Shown piece after piece: positions 23,358-29,308 of a DNA stretch of 29,308 bases. Origin of the DNA: a virus (lineage: Duplodnaviria; Caudoviricetes); the IMG/VR virus record IMGVR_UViG_3300025943_000006, positions 1 through 29,308 of that record. One strand, written 5' to 3'. The number at the start of each line of letters is the position of its first letter. Position 1 is the first letter of the stretch. The translations under genes and the position numbers were made by a program. The notes beneath the pieces are model-generated. The model was not told the DNA's origin. It worked only from the letters and a program-made list of their open reading frames with translations, and made no database searches.

Positions 23358-25325
23358 TTGGACATAGTTAAAACGACAAAAATCTATGAATCGACAGTAC
23401 CAATCAGCGAGGTCGGGGGAAGTTTCTCCGGCCTTTCTTTGTGGGTGTTTTGGCGGGAGAACGGGACGCTGAAAGCTAAATACCTACCCAAAGCAAATGT
23501 CATTGATGATAATGGTATCTATTTGGGATCGCTGTATGAAGGTATTTGGAAAGAAATATTACAATTAACCGATAATCCAAGCGTTGACAAAAACCCAACA
23601 ATTATAACGAGCGGCGGCAAAGTATCTTTTCTGGCCTGGGAGCGTAACGGTGAGCTTTATTACCATAATATACATCCACAGCTAACCGTTACCTTCTCCG
23701 CCCGCGTCGTTTCGGCGCTTAAGGTTGTCGGAGACAGCCTCCGCAAAGAGTACCCAGTGGATTTTAATATCTATCTCTATAATGCATTCGATGTACTCTT
23801 ATATACCGAAGTTGTAACCGGTAACACGGAAATCACCTGGGAAAAGGACATTGCCCAGGTTAGCGGTGTCAAAAAAATGACGTTGGAACTCACGCGCTGG
23901 AGTCACGAGGGGCGGCAAGCCAAGATACTGGAGTTTTTCAGCCGCCTTACCGAGACTTACGAAGGCGCGGATCTGTTTAGCCTGTCGCTGCTGGAGGAGC
24001 GGGACGTGTCAACCGGATCGTTACCAATCGGCAACATCAGCGCCAATGAGTTAGATCTGTCAATCCTTAACCGGGACCGTAAATTTGACGCGGGGAATAG
24101 TGATTCTAAATTATATCAAATGATCAAGCCTAACCGCAAAGTTACTGCCTGGCTTGGTTTAGTCACGAACGGAAGCGAAATGATATCCGCAATCGTCCCC
24201 GGTATCTGCCTGCAGTACGAACGGGAAACAACTGGGACGGAAACTGTTTGGGTGCTATTGGGGACTTTTTACACTCAAGATTGGACAGCACCGGAGTTGA
24301 AACTAAACGCCGACGTCGTAGCCCAGGACCGGCTGTCATTGCTTGACAATACTAATTATGCGGCGGATGAGTATCTGCAAAATACGACGCTTTACGACCT
24401 TGCAGTTGACGTCTTGACGGACGCCGGACTCCGGACGGCAGAGTATTGGCTTGACGAGGAACTCAAAGATTACACGGTCCCCTGGGGTTGCGCCATTGCA
24501 AAACCGGACGATACTTCTCACCGGGAATGCTTGCGGATGATCGTCGAGGCTTGCCTGGGGCAGTGCTATATGGACCGGGACGGTATTTTAAGGATAGAAG
24601 GGCCGAGCTATTTAGAGGACGAGAAGACGGAGGTCAACAAGACGATTACATCAGATGATTATTTCGACGATAAAGACAACCCGGCCAATTATGATGAGCT
24701 CGCCAACTATATCCAAATTACCACCCAGCCTTTAGTCGAGGCGGACGAGGCGAGCGACGTCTACACGACAGATAGCGACAGCCCGGTAAGTACGACAATA
24801 GGGCAGACTCAAACGGTTACAGTTAGCTGGGATAATATCGCAATTAATTGCAGCGCGGCTCTGGAGGCTGTTAGCGGGGGGACGTTACCGGCAGGGTTAA
24901 GCATAACCGGTACGGTATATAGACCCTATGGCGCTGACATTACGGTAAGTGGGGCGACAGTGGCCGGGACATTTTTAATCACCGTCACCGGCATAGTTTT
25001 ATCGGTTGATAACGAGGTTGCTGTAATTGCTCAAGATGTGGATAGTATTAGCGACAATGGCAAAAAAACGTTTGAGATTGACGATAACCCATTGATCCAG
25101 ACTGAGGCTATGGCCCAAAAGATCGCAGATAAATGTCTGGCATTAAGCAAAGATCCGCGCAGGGATTTAGATATGCCTTGGAGGGGCGACCCGGCGCTGA
25201 CGTTAGGGGATCGGATCAATGTCCCGGACAGCAAAAAAACCACTGCTGACTTTTGGGTTATCAGTAATCAATTGGATTGGTCGGGCGGGCTGAAATCGAC
25301 TACGAAAGGGAAGAAGGTGTTGTAA
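23358..25325 (+). CDS. Baseplate hub (Tal-like) protein with N-terminal propeller-like blades
   Basis: LPIGNISANELDLSILNRDRKFD, LGTFY..W, AQDRLSLL, CYMDRDGILRI, DNPLIQT, WRGDPALTLGDRI. Confidence 0.8.
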   Translation: MDIVKTTKIYESTVPISEVGGSFSGLSLWVFWRENGTLKAKYLPKANVIDDNGIYLGSLYEGIWKEILQLTDNPSVDKNPTIITSGGKVSFLAWERNGELYYHNIHPQLTVTFSARVVSALKVVGDSLRKEYPVDFNIYLYNAFDVLLYTEVVTGNTEITWEKDIAQVSGVKKMTLELTRWSHEGRQAKILEFFSRLTETYEGADLFSLSLLEERDVSTGSLPIGNISANELDLSILNRDRKFDAGNSDSKLYQMIKPNRKVTAWLGLVTNGSEMISAIVPGICLQYERETTGTETVWVLLGTFYTQDWTAPELKLNADVVAQDRLSLLDNTNYAADEYLQNTTLYDLAVDVLTDAGLRTAEYWLDEELKDYTVPWGCAIAKPDDTSHRECLRMIVEACLGQCYMDRDGILRIEGPSYLEDEKTEVNKTITSDDYFDDKDNPANYDELANYIQITTQPLVEADEASDVYTTDSDSPVSTTIGQTQTVTVSWDNIAINCSAALEAVSGGTLPAGLSITGTVYRPYGADITVSGATVAGTFLITVTGIVLSVDNEVAVIAQDVDSISDNGKKTFEIDDNPLIQTEAMAQKIADKCLALSKDPRRDLDMPWRGDPALTLGDRINVPDSKKTTADFWVISNQLDWSGGLKSTTKGKKVL

Positions 25326-25747
25326 TGTCATATCAAACGCCAAAAGTAGATTGGGTTGCAGCAGATAATCCGGGGGCGGGGGATTTTAACCGGATTGAGG
25401 GTAACGCAGCCTGGTTAAAAAATCGGGCTAATATATTAATCCCTACTAATGGCAGTAGTTTTACTGTTAATCTGCCGGATGGGGTTACATCGGCGACAGT
25501 GACGGTAGTTGTACAAGTCCTATTACAAGTAGGCTCCGTTGGAGACAATCCACATGGAAATGTGCGTTTAAAAATCGGTAGTACGGCATCGAATATTATA
25601 TCATCGTCCGGCGGTTCTGTTTACGGATGGTTAGCCATTACCGCTACGGTTACAAGCACTTTTACGGTGTCTGTAGTTGTAGAAAATACAGGGGATACTT
25701 CAACAACCGTGTCGGTTGCCCCAATCGCACAAATTTATTTTGGTTAA
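25325..25747 (+). CDS. Short tail fibre/baseplate protein (140 aa)
   Basis: YQTPKVDW..DFNRIEGN N-terminal anchor motif; ATG overlaps the previous stop. Confidence 0.7.
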   Translation: MSYQTPKVDWVAADNPGAGDFNRIEGNAAWLKNRANILIPTNGSSFTVNLPDGVTSATVTVVVQVLLQVGSVGDNPHGNVRLKIGSTASNIISSSGGSVYGWLAITATVTSTFTVSVVVENTGDTSTTVSVAPIAQIYFG

Positions 25748-25760
25748 GAGGTGATATTTT

Positions 25761-26315
25761 ATGTCAATTGTAAATACTGAAAGCACTGGCAAAACGACCA
25801 TTGACACTGTTGTAAGCAACGACGATATCCCAATGTGGAATTCGGTCCAGCAGACGGAAACGCCAAAGCGGGCAGCAGAGTGCGGTTTGCTTGTTTACGA
25901 CAATACCGCGCAGCAGTATAAGCGGCTGCCAGACGCGGCTGATCCGATACCGTACCCAGTGACGCAATTACGGCGTTCGACTGATTCTTCCGCGACCGTC
26001 CTACAAAATGCTATAACCTCACCCGCCAATGGGGCTGCGTATCCTATCGCTGGCAAGGACAGACTGATTTTAAGTATTAGCGGCGCGGCTACGGTCCGAA
26101 CGGTGGAGTTTAAGGCAATCGGTCCGGGCGGTGTTGAATGCTATGTCTTGGGCTCCAAAGTACTTTCTGACGGCGATATTGATTTAGCCGCTTCCACAAC
26201 TGGGATTACAGACGAGATCTGGGAGTTTGATGATTTGTCCGGGTACACCTCGTTTTACGCCAAGGTTACAGCGGTAACGGGAATTGTGACGGTGACGGTT
26301 TTGGGGGTGGCGTGA
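25761..26315 (+). CDS. Putative virion structural protein (184 aa)
   Basis: SD GAGGTGA; beta-rich C-terminal domain. Confidence 0.55.
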   Translation: MSIVNTESTGKTTIDTVVSNDDIPMWNSVQQTETPKRAAECGLLVYDNTAQQYKRLPDAADPIPYPVTQLRRSTDSSATVLQNAITSPANGAAYPIAGKDRLILSISGAATVRTVEFKAIGPGGVECYVLGSKVLSDGDIDLAASTTGITDEIWEFDDLSGYTSFYAKVTAVTGIVTVTVLGVA

Positions 26316-26593
26316 TGGACAAGATAGCGATCTCTCTTGCGCTAAAACGAGTCAAACTGATCAGCAGTGTTATCCAAACTATTACCGGGGGGTTGAACAT
26401 CGATAAGATTTTAACTCCGTTGATTATGGCGGTTGCCGACGGCGAAACAGCGATCAAGATTCAAAACGCTGCCGGGACCACCGATGTTATGACGGTAGAT
26501 ACGGTCAACAATAAAGTAACTTTTTCCGGCACGGTTGAAAATCAAGCACTCCAAGACCAATACGAAATCCAGCTTCTAGGAGGTAGAATCTAA
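26312..26593 (+). CDS. Hypothetical fibre-associated protein (93 aa)
   Basis: Overlaps both neighbours; IQNAAGTTDVMTVDT fibre-like segment. Confidence 0.5.
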   Translation: MMDKIAISLALKRVKLISSVIQTITGGLNIDKILTPLIMAVADGETAIKIQNAAGTTDVMTVDTVNNKVTFSGTVENQALQDQYEIQLLGGRI

Positions 26594-26919
26594 TGGCGGT
26601 GGGTAAAACAGTTTTAGAGCAGGTTCCAACCACGACCGAGGCGGTGGTACAGTCCAGCGGTGCCGACTATACCCCCGCGACCGGCAAGGTGTTTAGCATT
26701 GTCAGCATGTGGATACACAACGCAAATTCGACGGCCAAATATTGCAAAGTAAAGATTGGCGCTACTCTGTTGGTGGGCGTCAAGCAAATCCCAGCCAACG
26801 ATACTTTGATGCTGGATGACGTTAATTTGTACCTTGTCAACGGCGAGTACATCACCACCCAGGCCGAGGCCGACACCGGGCTGGCAATCCGGATAAATGG
26901 CTTGGAGGTGGATGCGTGA
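26593..26919 (+). CDS. Small beta-sandwich virion protein (108 aa)
   Basis: YTPATGK..IVSMWIHN..IPANDTL..L..GE..INGLE; SD AGGAGG. Confidence 0.55.
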   Translation: MAVGKTVLEQVPTTTEAVVQSSGADYTPATGKVFSIVSMWIHNANSTAKYCKVKIGATLLVGVKQIPANDTLMLDDVNLYLVNGEYITTQAEADTGLAIRINGLEVDA

Positions 26920-27791
26920 TGCGAAGCAGATTAATGTTTGACGATCCGGCCACGCAGGCCACCCTGGCTGACATCCTTACCAAACTTATAGCCGCGCCCG
27001 CCACGGAGGCCAAGCAAGACGCGGGGAACACCGCTCTAGCCTCAATCGTTACCAACACGGGCGCGGGCGCTACGCAGGTGACAGCGGCGGCGATATTGGC
27101 GGCATTAGCAGATCCCGCGACCCAGACAACGTTAGCGGCGGTACTTTCGGCCATGCCAACCGGGTACGCTACAGCGGCCTTGCAGGGGACTGCTAACGCC
27201 TCCCTTGCCAATCTCGACATTGCCCTGACTGCCTTACGCGACGCCATTGTCGGGGGTACTCCTAAAACGATAGCGGATGTCGTGACGGCGCTGGGGGCTG
27301 TGGTTATTGCGGCAGGGAGTAATGTCATTGGCAAGGTGGGGATAGACCAGACCACGCCGGGGACAACTAACGCCGTGACACCGGTCAACTCAAGCGGGAC
27401 TGAAATCATGACCGAGACCGACCCCGGAGCGGCTAAAATCAGTGATGCCGGAATCGTTATCCCGACGGACAAGCAAGCCGTCTACCGCAATCTTGAGGTT
27501 GATTACAGCACTGCTTTAGCCGCGTCCGGGAGTTACACCTCATCAGCCATTGACGGCTTGACCTTGCGGCGCGTAACGGGGACTGTCTATGCCGATCAAG
27601 CCGGGACGTTTTACGTCGAGGAATCTAAAGATGGGGCAACTTATCGGACCACCGCGACCCAGGCTATTACAGCAAGTACGCCGTACGCTTTCGACGCGAT
27701 ATTCCATAGTCGATATATCCGGTTATATTACGCCAATGGCGCAGTTGCTCAAGGCGCTTTTGAGCTTGTCGCCTACAGTAGCGCAGATTAA
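26916..27791 (+). CDS. Fibre-like protein with Ala-rich ATQ/ATE repeats and C-terminal beta domain
   Basis: DPATQATLA / APATEAKQ / GATQVTAA / DPATQTTLA / YATAALQ; GSNVIGKVGID; ADQAGTFYVEES..RYIRLYYANGA. Confidence 0.6.
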   Translation: MMRSRLMFDDPATQATLADILTKLIAAPATEAKQDAGNTALASIVTNTGAGATQVTAAAILAALADPATQTTLAAVLSAMPTGYATAALQGTANASLANLDIALTALRDAIVGGTPKTIADVVTALGAVVIAAGSNVIGKVGIDQTTPGTTNAVTPVNSSGTEIMTETDPGAAKISDAGIVIPTDKQAVYRNLEVDYSTALAASGSYTSSAIDGLTLRRVTGTVYADQAGTFYVEESKDGATYRTTATQAITASTPYAFDAIFHSRYIRLYYANGAVAQGAFELVAYSSAD

Positions 27792-27803
27792 GGAGGGATT
27801 GAC

Positions 27804-28970
27804 ATGAGGATATTATCACCGCCGCGCAGGACGAGTATCACGGGAGCGACGTTTAGCCGGGCGTCTGAGGCTTATGATTCGCTGGGCAGGATTGCATTGC
27901 CGGGATTGCCGAGGTTGGAGTATGTCAAGGGAGTGGGCTGGGTTACGTGGGTGGAGGAGGCGAGTAGTAATCTAATCCCTCTCTCAAAGCAAAAATTTGT
28001 AGGTTGGTTGTCTTATAGCGGCGCAACTGTAACACTTACGCAAAATCAAGCGGTGTCGGAATGGGGCGCGAAGGATGCAACGAGGATACAAAGTAGTAGT
28101 GGGGCAAGCGTTTTAAAATACTATTACGCCATAGAGCTTCCCGCGGCTGGAGCATCAAGGGCTACTTCTGTATATGTTAAAAATATAGGAGCTACAGCTG
28201 TAACTATAATGACGGTATTGGGCGGTAAAAGTGTTACGGTTGCTTCGGGGGAAGCGAAAATTTGTAAATTAGAAAGTATGACTGGTAATGGGACGTCAGA
28301 ATCTCAGATCCAATTTAGGACCGCAAACGTCGAGGACTCTCTTGACATTATCGCCTGGCATCCAAAATCAGAGGCTAAAGCATATTGTACTCTATTTACC
28401 GACGCTTCCCGCGCCGCCGAATCCCTGACCATGCCGACTACAGGGTTATCAGTGACCGAGGGGACGATTGAGGGGATTGTGGAGATTAATGATGTAAGTA
28501 AAAGGCAAATCAGTGGACAAAATCAACATATATTTCTGCTGGAAAGGACAGGTGGTGTTGGCATTAGGATAGTGCATCAATCATCGTCAGCATATTGGAC
28601 ACTTCAGACACGTGACAGTGTCGCGTACACGCCAGTTAATTTTAGTGACTCGCTAACTCCTAATGGCTTATATTATTACAAAGCCCGTTGGTCAACAAGC
28701 GAAGCGGTAGTTGAGTTTTGGAATTTGAGTAGTAAAATAAAAAACGCAACAGCAACAATATCAAACCCCAATTTACCTAGCGATCTTACAAAATGTACTA
28801 TCGGAGGCGAAGGTAGCTCTACTAATTTCCTCAACACTCGTTTCGGAAAACATCGTCTATCCAACATTGCCCGGACAGCCGACCCGGACTTTGCAAACCT
28901 TATGCCCAGCGATGCCAACACTGTCGGGATATTCGACCCGACACCGGTTTATAATCATATAGTGAGGTGA
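27804..28970 (+). CDS. Putative receptor-binding protein (carbohydrate-binding-like + LamG-like domains)
   Basis: FSRASEAY..PRLE..VEEASSNL anchor, SRAAESL linker, EGTIE..RLSNIART LamG-like end. Confidence 0.6.
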   Translation: MRILSPPRRTSITGATFSRASEAYDSLGRIALPGLPRLEYVKGVGWVTWVEEASSNLIPLSKQKFVGWLSYSGATVTLTQNQAVSEWGAKDATRIQSSSGASVLKYYYAIELPAAGASRATSVYVKNIGATAVTIMTVLGGKSVTVASGEAKICKLESMTGNGTSESQIQFRTANVEDSLDIIAWHPKSEAKAYCTLFTDASRAAESLTMPTTGLSVTEGTIEGIVEINDVSKRQISGQNQHIFLLERTGGVGIRIVHQSSSAYWTLQTRDSVAYTPVNFSDSLTPNGLYYYKARWSTSEAVVEFWNLSSKIKNATATISNPNLPSDLTKCTIGGEGSSTNFLNTRFGKHRLSNIARTADPDFANLMPSDANTVGIFDPTPVYNHIVR

Positions 28971-28972
28971 TA

Positions 28973-29110
28973 ATGATGATAGTAACATGCAGCAAATGTG
29001 GTCAGGAGATGGAGATCGACACCGCGCAGGGAGTCGCGTATGTGACCGAGACGGACGGGAGTATCCATCACGCGGATGGGTGCCCGGAGGTTCCTCCGGA
29101 AGAATCGTAA
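28973..29110 (+). CDS. Small putative Zn-binding protein (45 aa; not in ORF track)
   Basis: MMIVTCSKCGQEMEIDTAQGVAYVTETDGSIHHADGCPEVPPEES; SD GAGGTGA. Confidence 0.55.
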   Translation: MMIVTCSKCGQEMEIDTAQGVAYVTETDGSIHHADGCPEVPPEES

Positions 29111-29135
29111 AATCAATAAGAAAGGACTGATTTAA

Positions 29136-29308
29136 ATGTTAGAAACGACAATCAGAATTACAGCGGACGTAACAGTGACCACGCCGGACGAGAGCATTCT
29201 GGAGCCTATTAGCTTGGTCAAAGACGCGATAGCGGAGACAACTATCCCGGTGCCGGGTTACGCGCCGTGTGGGTATAGTATCGGTAAGATGACGGTCAAG
29301 GGGTTAGT
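29136..29308 (+). CDS. Hypothetical protein, truncated by window end
   Basis: SD AAAGGA; MLETTIRITADVTVTTPDE.. open to the end of the window. Confidence 0.45.
   Translation, partial: MLETTIRITADVTVTTPDESILEPISLVKDAIAETTIPVPGYAPCGYSIGKMTVKGL

Larger units (their letters stand above)
1..29308 (+). mobile_element. Siphovirus-like phage/prophage morphogenesis region (HK97-type head, non-contractile tail)
   Basis: Canonical order terS-terL-portal-protease-capsid-head/tail joining-major tail-chaperone-tape measure-baseplate-fibres, almost all on +. No sheath gene seen. Confidence 0.97.

Noticed and set aside
21380-23690. DNA-level excision or RNA splicing of the hub insert
   Set aside because: No direct or inverted repeats found at the junctions by eye, no recombinase, and the insert is almost entirely coding with no intron core.
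4481-28921. Many minus-strand and nested ORFs in the track (e.g. 4800..5213, 14750..15139, 17209..17571, 26852..27472)
   Set aside because: Antisense or alternate-frame shadows of well-supported genes, with no recognisable motifs.
27804-28970. Diversity-generating retroelement target or invertible fibre cassette
   Set aside because: No reverse transcriptase, template repeat, invertase or flanking inverted repeats seen in this window. Sequence beyond the right edge is unknown.
1-29308. CRISPR array, tRNA/rRNA genes, alternative genetic code
   Set aside because: No regularly spaced repeats or cloverleafs seen. Core genes are full length in the standard code and all three stop codons are used.

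Overview
This window is the packaging, head and tail (late) region of an HK97-like, long-tailed (siphovirus-type) phage or prophage. The host is probably a Bacillota/Clostridia-type bacterium, judging by the Shine-Dalgarno (SD) sequences, sigma-A/sigma-H-like promoters and gene order. Core order: terS, terL, small membrane protein, portal, HK97 prohead protease, major capsid, decoration protein, four head-tail genes, major tail protein, tail chaperone with a -1 frameshift, tape measure, Dit-like protein, baseplate/hub genes, then several fibre or receptor-binding genes running off the right end. The operon carries many accessory genes: three GIY-YIG endonucleases (one fused to a RepL-like winged helix, one paired with a divergent RHH regulator), an HNH-AP2 endonuclease, a stand-alone endonuclease Cys-rich domain and two morons. 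Most notable: (1) the baseplate hub gene appears split by a ~2.27 kb three-part insert fused in frame at both ends, and the insert can be read as starting at Cys and ending at His-Asn; (2) two covarying copies of a three-way-junction leader RNA have loops complementary to the downstream SD; (3) nearly every accessory gene has an RBS-occluding structure; (4) a double beta-helix spike-like gene is translationally coupled to terS. All family assignments come from motif recognition by eye; no database search was run. I saw no tRNA, rRNA, CRISPR array, integrase, lysis gene or reverse transcriptase.
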